Shown: piece by piece, positions 27,201-35,634 of the stretch | Position numbering within the stretch: position 1 is the first letter of the stretch | How the letters are laid out: each line of letters opens with the position of its first letter | Origin: a virus | DNA length: 64,000 nt | Reading direction: 5' to 3' (one strand) | Virus record (IMG/VR): IMGVR_UViG_3300023281_001229 | Location: 1-64,000 of that record | Program-made: the position numbers and the translations under genes | The notes under the pieces: model-generated | What the model was told of the DNA's origin: nothing | Database searches by the model: none | What the model saw: only the letters and a program-made list of their open reading frames with translations

Positions 27201-28810
27201 CCTACAGGTGAAGCAAATACTCCCATAAATAAACCAGACATAAAAGTTTCTAATCCTTGATGGCTATTTTGTTTATTTACTGCCTCCATTAAATCATTCT
27301 TCAAATAATGCAGTAACCCTCCTTTAGCTTGAGTTCCTTGCACATTCCTTGAATGATAATTTTTAAATGATTCTGAAAGAATATCTTGCCCAAGTTCTTG
27401 AACACCTTCCATTGAACCACTTAATGTACCTTTTACAGATTTTTTAATTGTACCGCCAATAGTCCAATCTGATACTTTTCCTCGTATATATTCTCCAGCG
27501 CTTTTTTTAATAGCATTAACTGTAACTTTTTTAGTAAGAGGATCTCTTACTGCTTTAAACATGTTATTTGCAGAGTTACCAAACATTCGGCCAGTTCCTT
27601 TCATATGTTTAAACATATTATCAAAGGTCACAGCATTAGTCAAATAAATTAATCCAAAGTTTCCAGCATATACATTTTTATTTACTCGGTTTGCTTCAGC
27701 GTCTAATTTTTCTGTGTAAGACTTATCCATTAAAACACCTACATTTTTTTTTGTAGGATTACCATATTTATCTAAGTTGGTATAATCAAGATAGAAGTCA
27801 TCATAATTCTTTTTTCTAAAGTCAGATTCTGCCATGTTGGCTTCTAATTCGCTTTCACTATGCGCCATGTATATTTTTCGCATATCTCTTACAACAGAAC
27901 CTGCTCCTAATGCAGTAGCTTTTAATCCATTAAAATCTTTAACGCGATCTATATTTCTAATAAAATCCATGCTTTCGCCAATAGGATTTATAGCCTTACC
28001 AAAATTTTTAGCTCCTTTTCCAAAAGCTGCTTTTCTCCTACCCAACCAAGCTGTAACTTTATCTACGTCCATCATTTCTTCGGCAGCATTTATCATATTT
28101 TTACCTTTCCGGCCTTTGCTACCTTTACTAAGAAATTTAAAAGCTTGTGTACCTCCTATTTTACCAGCACCTCCTATTGCACCTAAACCTCCGGTAATAG
28201 CTGTAATGGCTAATTCTTCTGCAGCTATTCCTGCAATAATACCCATAGTGTATCCAGAAGATAACATTGTGTTAGACCAAAATCCAGTTTGTCCTCCTTT
28301 AGAAGAACTGTATTTAGCCATAACATCTTCAAATTCTATATAATTTTCATCATCGTGAAATGCTCCGAGGGCAAAAGTATCTTGAAAACCAATTTTTGTT
28401 AATTCCCACATTCCATCAAGTGCTCTATAAATATCATCTGAAGCCGTAGTGTTGTCATCATATAAAGCATCCATCCCACTTTTATATGTACCATCTGCTT
28501 GTTTAACACTACTTAAAAAAGGATCAAAACCAAGCTTTCCGTAAACTTCACTATCGTAAGTTAGGTACTTATCAACATTATGCTGCTTTGCACTAAAGCT
28601 TACATCAGCTCCCATTAAGAATTGCTGAGTTTGTACTAAATCACGTTGAACAGCTATATCAGACATAATTTGTTGATCCCGCTGTATTCTTAAATCTTGT
28701 TTATTTAATTTAGGAACATCTTCTATTTCTGCAGCAGGATCTATTTCATTAATAGAATTATTGTCATTAAGTAATGCTGACATTTCTGTATTGTCTAGTT
28801 CTTCTGCCAT
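21278..28810 (-). CDS. giant ejected virion protein of the RNAP cluster with N-terminal hydrophobic segments and zincin-like domains
   Basis: 2510 aa; Gly/Ala-rich hydrophobic stretches (GIIAGIAAEELAITAITGGLGAIGG; FMSGLFMGVFASPVGF); HEIFLH motif; immediately upstream of the RNAP gene. Confidence 0.75.
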   Translation of the reverse strand: MAEELDNTEMSALLNDNNSINEIDPAAEIEDVPKLNKQDLRIQRDQQIMSDIAVQRDLVQTQQFLMGADVSFSAKQHNVDKYLTYDSEVYGKLGFDPFLSSVKQADGTYKSGMDALYDDNTTASDDIYRALDGMWELTKIGFQDTFALGAFHDDENYIEFEDVMAKYSSSKGGQTGFWSNTMLSSGYTMGIIAGIAAEELAITAITGGLGAIGGAGKIGGTQAFKFLSKGSKGRKGKNMINAAEEMMDVDKVTAWLGRRKAAFGKGAKNFGKAINPIGESMDFIRNIDRVKDFNGLKATALGAGSVVRDMRKIYMAHSESELEANMAESDFRKKNYDDFYLDYTNLDKYGNPTKKNVGVLMDKSYTEKLDAEANRVNKNVYAGNFGLIYLTNAVTFDNMFKHMKGTGRMFGNSANNMFKAVRDPLTKKVTVNAIKKSAGEYIRGKVSDWTIGGTIKKSVKGTLSGSMEGVQELGQDILSESFKNYHSRNVQGTQAKGGLLHYLKNDLMEAVNKQNSHQGLETFMSGLFMGVFASPVGFATGQINTFVNGGGFISAQGTFEKATNKTKYAETQKAEMDRLEKEAEFLTKFFNENKNFIDSWSKPIARQAEIQEEMLEAAKNGQKKEFKNAQNESFTNGVRRVIKAGLAEQMSDHLTYMGTELGATELSELMARTDITEENIGESRKKLLDNAELLRNLSEKHKIIQQNFINDITLSELDPKADNYLEKFIEYSAFESLKDELLFNHSKILDRAKRLKEIKEVIRDQNPLVSEFSVESLVEVGSLDQTIQTLRAEVEANKDLNLTGALLQDSKISEQRLQALENYKLVLTQTTELLNQASTTESEEEIYDGMFDVYQKVVEAFGKNRLTSKEAQTEVNKKAFDLIFDYIILEKQEGAYTEYAETLMTNSGSSSFMASHKLMLGRLEENKKEHIKNALIEFSKKQSSDQMLKELYDAGVFFDLKYLDDLLQNRVMPEEIINLEDNEAASSEQTRIAEKIIDKYIKRLTGKNIVKSGLKEGSQGRKLKQDKRTVKGILRQYNIKIDKNIDITSKEGLTLINKILDVDNKYMTPIDREVMLKVMEAEGTIRFVEDQTLPIQVNEQGVITIDVRFAGEDYSNSAYSIENLVITALTQNKISEGLVENDDLWLQARDAMRQAKEVYAATYPEQDVENMPVFNSVNVFLSEALNDSGFQYFLSKIEDAIQPTKKTLWATVKEGGEAIVKEKFENKLVNKVINIAAKAVDQEIIDDISEINIKLRTDEATEALDKKEAELKILGAELGAKWNVNVKILRDQEEAESYLDKINNPFYSKESGIPNGFYDEKTNTAYIVAEGVKENTPFHEIFLHPFLINAEKLNPELYKALVAEAKADQSVIDYVEAEYGTEESIGSRQFEHELVGRVYELAMANQISEKEKPGLFKRIYEFAKMLIKETAKFLKIIPKDVSKFKPTKTTIADLAKYSAKGGAIDLGYILEETEEKKKAPKTEKIKVTKTVTREVQENVGGNTVVMNEARDQPTLMEDYINDDIQFENEESVNAATDELVALGKELDEIDVLSDEMNWEFGPLRLEIDGRLIIDVVANGKRFLMYKSTGTGTTADTAGEWTPLLYFGTRLKTDGSGQRSEWFVKALFEGQDPKKNKYNSKTFIGLDSLLKAQEAELFLGREEIQTRIETEEIEVEEEVLKQSEVDSDVRTVQSIQDEIDNLRAQIKINEDNLKIGKGTFIEKRRLSTKTSMLKIKVLELSEERKKLATEQVTKNAPVLEKNTDYVPEFDRNKNEIITPFTPFARLPKALQNTIADLYGKPITALEQKDIDAIAEMMQRNPLYIEAASKYSADRIKDQDEQEGSKDIKLNQEKIDRAKAKRKEDMALEKLRKKGKKTKLTLEEKIKQLPGADLLTDKEIKKFAEKIKNQEGIIAFSFLDIRNVITGRLRIQREAEEKIQKEERLKKEKLIADNVKRLGSSGKYELKIANTKDKIINIPNGMREFMLKYHSEIFLLDSNQFNEGVRDIMRNYRFSTKPNQISKLLPETLIGKTKLETLKNAKKLIAQLEKNQRLYPSVVIKVNRLLNESGIAYTLKKLSSKQLINSTSLYELRATPKKKFGSDVEMPFKDSSRRLIKNADIENIAFTMETKAAIIMAQLLLFDTDGLKKLNPSYFLTEKLREQYSAWISNNPEKQMSYRSSAELGEKIEEGLSERLGEQDNEFVRNALDPGSNVPGMGIAESLLADIFTPNQLADAVAEMIDNDISSYEASKREEELSGMTEEQAALMQWVEWSTTQEGKAIIEAEILSKEQDYLLAEEMLNEEYAEELSAKEKSEDYISEYGFTESISAQLLKIDSVPKQLQLLWKLINTEKQSDLNFIKSFYTYTSALNKLTTAKQKTAIQKSIDSQFESGNLKGAVVNISGTAYIINDYREESNKIEVVLLEEFQSGMVGNVMALNSQELLSAMTEELLPGTIFNGQVIDVVANATEFQYIKEAYSEILSNFTKYNKEAESLSDEQLLEDLKTEITKCK

Positions 28811-28811
28811 T

Positions 28812-31316
28812 TTATGGTTGTATTTCGTCCTTTTGTAAATTATCTAAAAACTCTCTAGCTCCTTCTTGAGCCGTTTCAAGGCTCATTGCGTTCATTGATC
28901 CAATTTGTATATTGTTAGTTTTTTCATTTCCCTCATCATCATAATAGGAATACCTTACATTATATACTCCACCAATATTTACCAATTCAGGAGTACCTTT
29001 AAATATATTGTTACCTTTCTGATCTTTTCTATTAGTTAATGGGAATTTACCATCTAAATTAAATACTTGTTGTACCCAATTAGTCCTAGAGTAAGTAAAG
29101 TTGTCTTCTTTTACTTCTTTAAGTTTTGTATCTTTTATATTTGCATATATGGTTGATTTGTCTGAAGGATTATAAAATTTATACATAGAGTGACCAGGTA
29201 AACTTGTATACTTTATATAAGTCATTTGAAGATTATCTAAATCTTTACCTTCTGCAAAAAATTTATCTAGTTTATCTCCTGATGTTTTCGAAGCTTCTCT
29301 AAACTCGTTCATACTCATGTTATGGGTATAGTCATTAACGACAGCAAAATTTTCTGACGCATTAGTCCACTTTCCTCCACCTGACATTATTCCCATAACT
29401 TTAGAAAAGTTATGCTGTTTACTTAAAAGATTTGGATCAGTAGGCGCTGTTCCAGTATTAACTAATGCTTTACTTTTAAAATCTATTGTCCCTTCTAAAC
29501 CAATAGTAGTCATAGAATTTGAACTATTGTTTCCTAATCCGCCAAAAACTGCATTTTCTGTATATATGTTATCAAAGTTTAATTTATCATATTGAGCTTT
29601 ATAAGACTTTGAAATTGTATTGTAAAGTTTTCTTAACTGTTCTTCTTTATCCGAAATACCGCTTTTCGTACCAACCATTGATCCACTAGCCCCTCGTGCA
29701 TTAGCCATGTTTCTTTCATTTGCTTTTTTAAAATCACTATAGTTTTTTGCACCACCTGCGTCTAGTTGCATTTGCTCTAAAGCAGTTTCTGTTGTTACAG
29801 TTTTTTTATCTCCCCAACCAAAACCACCCCAAGTTCCTGTAACTTTTCTAGTTGTTGTATATTTTTCATTTGCTATTAAATTAAACCAATCTTCAAAAGA
29901 ACGTTGCCTACCCTCATCAGTAAAAGCAGCGTCATATACAAACTCTTCTACATTTGCCAACGTTGATCTTTTACCACTAGGGCTAAGAATATTAGTTTTA
30001 TTTGCCACTAAATTATCAAAAAATTTTGATATACCCCCGTTGTTCTTTTCTTTTGCAATTTGGAAAGCCTGCTTAGCAAGTCTTTCCATGTTTTCATCTA
30101 GCTGAGCGTCCCATTTATTTAACTCTTTTCCTACTAATAAATCATTTTGAAATTCAGCTGAAGTTTTATCTGATGAAGAAGGAAAATATTCTTGATCGTC
30201 ATAAATTTTATATTTATTATCTATTGCATTTTCTAGCAACATTTTTTTTGTAGCATTATCTAGTTTATTATATCCGTTTAATATCATTTTAGCATTGCCT
30301 GACCACATCTCATTCTGATATTTAAATGTATTTGGGCCTATTCCTTTCAATCCATCAATAAGTATTCTTTTAACGTTTATATCTTTATCACCTATTGCAT
30401 TTACAACATCATTTATCCAAGCATGAGCAGCATGTCTTTCATCTGCATTTTCGCTTTTTAATTTTGATAAACCCCGTTCTGTAAAACTATTAGATAGCTG
30501 ATCTGCTGATTTATTATATTGCGTCATAGCCTTGGTTCTATTTGCATCTATTGACATTAAATCATCATATGCTGGATTATTATTTTTTCCTATCGCTTGC
30601 AACGCATCGTTGCTTCTTACGTCTTTATCATCTAAAGAAATAAGACCTTGATACTCTTTTGTAAATTGTTTCCCTGTTTGTATAGTCCATGATTTATCAA
30701 TTTCATTATAAGTTACTCCGTAGTTATCAGCAACAATATTTCGTGGATCATGACGATAATTTGATTCTATTTTATTCCATTCTGTAAAAGAACCCTCTCT
30801 AGCCTTTCTTAAAGACCCTCCTTGCATTACCATGACAGGCTTGTTATTTTCATCCAATTCTGGATTTCCATCGGCATCAGTTTGAGCTACTGGTGTACCA
30901 AGAATTTCTGTAATTTTGGCATTGTAGTTATTTACTTGTTCTTGAGTAGTAAACCCTTTTGCTTTTTCTTTCGCCAATCCGTTAAATTCTTTTATAATAG
31001 CAGCTTCAGATTCCATAGCTTTATTCAACGGCTCCCAAGATTTAATTGATTGTGGATCTGTTTTACCAAATGCTTCTGGTGTTAAGTAACCTTGATCATA
31101 AGCTTTTTCTAAATAGCTTAAATCTGCTCCCATTTCTCCAAATGCTTTATCAAATCCGTAAAGAGATTCACCAGTAGGTTTATTTTTAGAAGGGCCTGTA
31201 TTACCTAAGTCAATGTTAAACTCTTTTGAGTTATTAGATCCTAAGTCAATGTTAAACTCTTCTGAGTTATTAGTATTATTTTTTAAGTCAATATTAAAAT
31301 CTTGCTGTTTGCCCAT
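28812..31316 (-). CDS. putative internal/ejected virion (cargo) protein
   Basis: 834 aa, no Cys seen, three N-terminal FNIDL repeats; lies between the muzzle gene and the RNAP cluster. Confidence 0.65.
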   Translation of the reverse strand: MGKQQDFNIDLKNNTNNSEEFNIDLGSNNSKEFNIDLGNTGPSKNKPTGESLYGFDKAFGEMGADLSYLEKAYDQGYLTPEAFGKTDPQSIKSWEPLNKAMESEAAIIKEFNGLAKEKAKGFTTQEQVNNYNAKITEILGTPVAQTDADGNPELDENNKPVMVMQGGSLRKAREGSFTEWNKIESNYRHDPRNIVADNYGVTYNEIDKSWTIQTGKQFTKEYQGLISLDDKDVRSNDALQAIGKNNNPAYDDLMSIDANRTKAMTQYNKSADQLSNSFTERGLSKLKSENADERHAAHAWINDVVNAIGDKDINVKRILIDGLKGIGPNTFKYQNEMWSGNAKMILNGYNKLDNATKKMLLENAIDNKYKIYDDQEYFPSSSDKTSAEFQNDLLVGKELNKWDAQLDENMERLAKQAFQIAKEKNNGGISKFFDNLVANKTNILSPSGKRSTLANVEEFVYDAAFTDEGRQRSFEDWFNLIANEKYTTTRKVTGTWGGFGWGDKKTVTTETALEQMQLDAGGAKNYSDFKKANERNMANARGASGSMVGTKSGISDKEEQLRKLYNTISKSYKAQYDKLNFDNIYTENAVFGGLGNNSSNSMTTIGLEGTIDFKSKALVNTGTAPTDPNLLSKQHNFSKVMGIMSGGGKWTNASENFAVVNDYTHNMSMNEFREASKTSGDKLDKFFAEGKDLDNLQMTYIKYTSLPGHSMYKFYNPSDKSTIYANIKDTKLKEVKEDNFTYSRTNWVQQVFNLDGKFPLTNRKDQKGNNIFKGTPELVNIGGVYNVRYSYYDDEGNEKTNNIQIGSMNAMSLETAQEGAREFLDNLQKDEIQP
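31204..31303. repeat. in-frame tandem repeat (36-nt period, two near-perfect copies plus one degenerate) encoding FNIDL
   Basis: CCTAAGTCAATGTTAAACTCTTYTGAGTTATTAG at 31204-31237 and 31240-31273; partial copy at 31284-31303. Confidence 0.85.
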
Positions 31317-31333
31317 TTTATTTTATATTTTAA

Positions 31334-33217
31334 TTACTTTGTAATTACAGATTCTAAAGATACAGTAGGACCAATATCTGGGTTTTCCACAACAGCCTTA
31401 ATCTTTTTTGTTACTTTGTTTGCTAATTCAATTTTCTTTGCAGCATCACCATCAGTATACTCTGCTCCATAAAGTTTTTCTGTCAAATAATAAGTATACT
31501 TACTTCCAACATTGCTGCCATCTTTCATTTGGGAATGTAAATTTTCTTCTATTTGTTGTTTAGTCACTAATTCTGGATAAGGAATTTCATCAAAACTTGT
31601 TGTAATAGTTCCTTCTTTATTTGCAAACCAAAATTTACCGGCATAATCAACCTCTGCCTTTTTTCTTTTTGCAGCTTCATCTCTTTTTAAATTTTGATAT
31701 ATGGCATAGTTTTTTACGTCATTTTCAGTTGTCCCGTTTGCCCATCCTTTAACTCTTTTCATTGTAATAGCACCTGTAATTTTATTCTCTGCCCAAACAT
31801 TACTAGTTAAAATATTCTGTACCTGCCCCTCTGCTGAATGTTTCCCCCCTGCTCCTAAATCTATTTCTAGTTGTTTCATAGAAACCATTTTAGCATTTCT
31901 TGCTGATTGAGCAGCTAAACTAGCACTACCTGCAGATATTTCTTCTCTTTCCATAGCAGCCGCATCTTTTTGTGCTTGAAGTTGCTTGTCATACTCAAAT
32001 TTTTTGCTCATTTCACTTAGCGTGTTCTTATGGGTTACATCAATTTTAGCAAACTCATCAGCACTAAGTGTTTGTTCAGCATCTTTAAAAGCAAGTGTTC
32101 TAACAGCACCTGTAATATCTTTATTCATATAATCATAAGACCTTTGCGCATCTACGTTAGCAGCTAAAACATCATAGGATGCTTCAGGATCAATAGACTT
32201 GTTAGCTTTAATTAGAGAATCTGTGTACTCTTTAGCAGAAGCAGCTCCATTTTGTAATTGAATATATTCTTGAAGTTGTTGTCCTCTGTCACTATTGGCA
32301 GTAAATTCTTTGTTCTCAAAAGCTTTACGCTCATCTTTTACTTTTTGATCTAAAAGATCTAAATCAACATCTAAGGCTTTAGCTGAATTTTCTAATTGCT
32401 TAGATTGTTTTGATTTAAAATCTTCTAAAAATCCAAGTTTAGCTTCATCTAAATCTTTATATTCTCCTTTTTTTACTGCACTATGAGTCCAATCATTTCT
32501 TGATACATAAGCTTTAGTGTCATACATAGCTTTGTATTTAGGATCATTTGCAAAAGTTTCTTGAAATAGTGTAGTTAGCGGAGATGTAATTAAATCGCCA
32601 TTTTTTGTTGTAATTATATAGCGTCCATTTTTAGACATTTTATCAACAGTAACATTTAGACCCGCAGCTTTAGCTAATTTAATAGCATCTTTCATCATAT
32701 TAAATTGAGGAGCGTACTCTGCATTACTTATTGATAAAGCTTCATCAGCAGTAGCATTAGTAAATTCTTCACGTTTGTATGCCATGGCCCTATCTCCAAT
32801 AGCCCAAGCTCCTCCTGTTTTTTCTGTATCAGTGCTGTTTTTTAATCCATCTCTTTTACTCATTTGCTGCTGGTAGTTCTTAGTCCAGACCATATCTTTT
32901 ACAATACCTTTATTGGTATATATAGATTGGAATACATTAGCAGCAGCATCTACATTTTGCTGTAGAGAAAAGTCTAAACTTCCCATTCGTCTAATGTCTT
33001 GGTTAATCATTTGAAAAAACTCATTCCTAGCTTCTTGATTATCAGTACGAGTCATAGCAGAGTTTAATAATGATCCATATAACTCACTAACTTTTTTATG
33101 CCCTGCATCATACTTGTTTTGCAAGTTACCCAACATCTGAGCATCAAACTGTAAGTTAGGTTGCGTAGGTTGTATTTGAGTTACATAATCTTGCTGTCCT
33201 TGTAAATAAGTTGCCAT
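31334..33217 (-). CDS. putative internal/ejected virion (cargo) protein
   Basis: 627 aa, helical composition, no Cys seen; cargo-gene position. Confidence 0.65.
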   Translation of the reverse strand: MATYLQGQQDYVTQIQPTQPNLQFDAQMLGNLQNKYDAGHKKVSELYGSLLNSAMTRTDNQEARNEFFQMINQDIRRMGSLDFSLQQNVDAAANVFQSIYTNKGIVKDMVWTKNYQQQMSKRDGLKNSTDTEKTGGAWAIGDRAMAYKREEFTNATADEALSISNAEYAPQFNMMKDAIKLAKAAGLNVTVDKMSKNGRYIITTKNGDLITSPLTTLFQETFANDPKYKAMYDTKAYVSRNDWTHSAVKKGEYKDLDEAKLGFLEDFKSKQSKQLENSAKALDVDLDLLDQKVKDERKAFENKEFTANSDRGQQLQEYIQLQNGAASAKEYTDSLIKANKSIDPEASYDVLAANVDAQRSYDYMNKDITGAVRTLAFKDAEQTLSADEFAKIDVTHKNTLSEMSKKFEYDKQLQAQKDAAAMEREEISAGSASLAAQSARNAKMVSMKQLEIDLGAGGKHSAEGQVQNILTSNVWAENKITGAITMKRVKGWANGTTENDVKNYAIYQNLKRDEAAKRKKAEVDYAGKFWFANKEGTITTSFDEIPYPELVTKQQIEENLHSQMKDGSNVGSKYTYYLTEKLYGAEYTDGDAAKKIELANKVTKKIKAVVENPDIGPTVSLESVITK

Positions 33218-33240
33218 ATTGTAAATATATTAATTTATAA

Positions 33241-33258
33241 TAACTAAAAAATAGTTAC
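33241..33258. promoter_or_regulatory. palindromic intergenic element TAACTA-AAAAA-TAGTTA-C, copy 1
   Basis: 18-mer identical to 41577-41594; both copies abut a stop codon and lie upstream of the next - strand gene. Confidence 0.55.
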
Positions 33259-35630
33259 TATACAGTCCCTTGATTTAGAATATCCATTTCATCTAATTCA
33301 TCAGGGTCGGTTACGTTGTCTTCTGTTTGTATCTTTTTTAAATCCCATTTTCCAGATTTAGATGCTTTAAATAATTCCATTGCAGCTGCATCAGATAATC
33401 CAGCACCTTTTTTGAAGTCAGTAAATTCTTCAGCTAGTGTTTTTGTATTAGTAGCTTTAGGCTCCATTGGTTTTTGATTAGTTGTATATATAAGACCTGT
33501 ATATGGATCTTTCTTTTTCTGAGTAGTTTGCAAATTAAGATTATACAAATTAGATGCATTAGTAATCATTTGATTTTCCATCTGTACAATTTTATCTTTA
33601 GCTTTTCCTACAGAATTAGCAATGTTCTGTTTTAGCGTGTCTTGTTTTTCTTGCATGCTGTTTGCAGTAGAAGCATCAAGTTGAGCTTGTTTATTAGCTA
33701 AAGCTGTAGCTGTGTTTTGGTAATTATTAAAAATACCAACGTTTTTATCTGCATACTGACCTATTGTACCTGCCACATCTGCATAAGCTTTACCAGCAAA
33801 AGAAGAAGCAGCGGCCCCCATAGCTTGTGCGCTTTGAGCAGTCTGCATTCCTTGCATCATTTGATTTACTTGTTCATTCTTAGCAGCAATAGCCCGTTCT
33901 GGAGAAACATAAGCAACATCCGGAGTTTTAAGTTTAACTCTTTTTTCCCAAGGTTGTATTTGTGGTATTGACCATCTAGCATCTACTGCACGATTTAAAG
34001 AATTAATATCTTCTCTTCTATAGGCAAAAGGATTTTCTAATTCTTTATTAAATCCTAATCCTCTTGGAATAGTTTTAATTTCTGTTGATGAATCTTCTGG
34101 CTTTTTAGGTGTATCTTCTGGTATATCTTCGTCTGGCACATAATTTCCAAATGCAACTTCTTGTTTTTGACCAAACGCATCAAAATGCTCAAAACCTGAT
34201 AGAGCATCATCTCCCATAGAAGGTCTATATCCAGATTTTGCTAATTGAGTTTCTATACCAGAAGTCACTTTGCCGTAATTCTTTTTATAGAAATTATCAG
34301 ACATTAAATCTTCATCTTTTTCTGGAGCTTCCATACCTAACCAACCAGTAAATTCTTTTCTGTATTCTTTTGCTTTTGCCGGGTCTTTGTAATCTTCTTC
34401 TAATGCTTTAAAAGCATTTTCATCAGACATGCCTGCCCCTCGCATTTTTTCAAACTGGTATCTTTTTTCATAGTCCTTTGGAGTAAATCCAGCAACAAAA
34501 GCTCCCTTACCCGCAAATCCGCTAGTACTTTTCTGTAATATAATCTTGTATTTCCCAGTTCTAAACTTTTTTCCTGATTGATTAATTACTCTACTTAAAG
34601 TAATTTTATCTTTAAACGGAGCATCAAAGTTTCCTTTAATTTTTATTGTGCCGTTCCCTTTATTATATGTAATTGTTCCAGCTTTTATACCGTCTTCTAT
34701 AACTCTATTTGCTTCAGCTTCGGCTGCAGCATTTTCAGGTGAAGCCGCTATCCAATCCGCTATAGGTCCTTTTTCTGTTTGTGTAGTTATTTTCTTTAAC
34801 TCTGTAATTGAAGTTGCTTCACGGAACTCTCCTGCATGAGGTTCACCTTCTGGAATTTGATACCATTGCCCTATTTTATGTCTAGTACCTGGAACATGAA
34901 TTTCAGCACCTTCCGGTAAATTATCTTTTGTTACATGGCCCCCACCTTTATACTTTCTTAGGGAAGGAAACTCATTGTGGTATTTAACAGAATCTACTAA
35001 TATACCACCCATTGCTTTTTGTGCAGCTTCATTTGTTTTATTTGCCATTTCCTCATCCATACCAAACACTTGACTAGGATCAAGTTGTAATTTATCAAAA
35101 AATGGTTCTAAGCCATTAGGAACTTCACTCATTCCTTTCATTGATTCTTGCAATAACTTTAGAGCAGCTATTTTAAAAGAAGCATTATCCAAAGTCATTT
35201 CTGCTGATTGCTTAGATAATCTATCTGCACCTAAATCAATTAAAACCTCCTTAGCTTTGTTTACAGCAGGTATCCATTTTTTGGATATCTGAGCTAAAGT
35301 TTTTGGTTTCTTTCCGCTAATACCAAAGTATTCTAATAACGCAGGATCTTTAACAATTAACTTTTTGCTGTCTGAAAATATAAAGGATGTACCATTAGCT
35401 CCTTCCTCATCAGTTGGTAATGCTAAAGGTGTACCGCCTTTACTATGTTTTTTACCATTGATATTATACATTTCATAGATGTTATTTAAACCTCTACTCA
35501 TGTTAGTTACAACCGTTTCTCCTTTCTCTGCTTCTACATTTGCCACTTTTTTATTTACAGGCAAAAGGGAATTATTAAGCTTTGATTGCTTTTGATTGTT
35601 TGGTAATCCTATAATTTTATACTGAGCCAT
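33258..35630 (-). CDS. putative internal virion cargo protein
   Basis: 790 aa; N-terminal ANVEAEKGE...GKKHSKGG...FIFSD motif, recalled from crAss-like cargo proteins; Ala/Gln-rich helical C-terminus; no Cys seen. Confidence 0.65.
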   Translation of the reverse strand: MAQYKIIGLPNNQKQSKLNNSLLPVNKKVANVEAEKGETVVTNMSRGLNNIYEMYNINGKKHSKGGTPLALPTDEEGANGTSFIFSDSKKLIVKDPALLEYFGISGKKPKTLAQISKKWIPAVNKAKEVLIDLGADRLSKQSAEMTLDNASFKIAALKLLQESMKGMSEVPNGLEPFFDKLQLDPSQVFGMDEEMANKTNEAAQKAMGGILVDSVKYHNEFPSLRKYKGGGHVTKDNLPEGAEIHVPGTRHKIGQWYQIPEGEPHAGEFREATSITELKKITTQTEKGPIADWIAASPENAAAEAEANRVIEDGIKAGTITYNKGNGTIKIKGNFDAPFKDKITLSRVINQSGKKFRTGKYKIILQKSTSGFAGKGAFVAGFTPKDYEKRYQFEKMRGAGMSDENAFKALEEDYKDPAKAKEYRKEFTGWLGMEAPEKDEDLMSDNFYKKNYGKVTSGIETQLAKSGYRPSMGDDALSGFEHFDAFGQKQEVAFGNYVPDEDIPEDTPKKPEDSSTEIKTIPRGLGFNKELENPFAYRREDINSLNRAVDARWSIPQIQPWEKRVKLKTPDVAYVSPERAIAAKNEQVNQMMQGMQTAQSAQAMGAAASSFAGKAYADVAGTIGQYADKNVGIFNNYQNTATALANKQAQLDASTANSMQEKQDTLKQNIANSVGKAKDKIVQMENQMITNASNLYNLNLQTTQKKKDPYTGLIYTTNQKPMEPKATNTKTLAEEFTDFKKGAGLSDAAAMELFKASKSGKWDLKKIQTEDNVTDPDELDEMDILNQGTV

Positions 35631-35634
35631 AATT

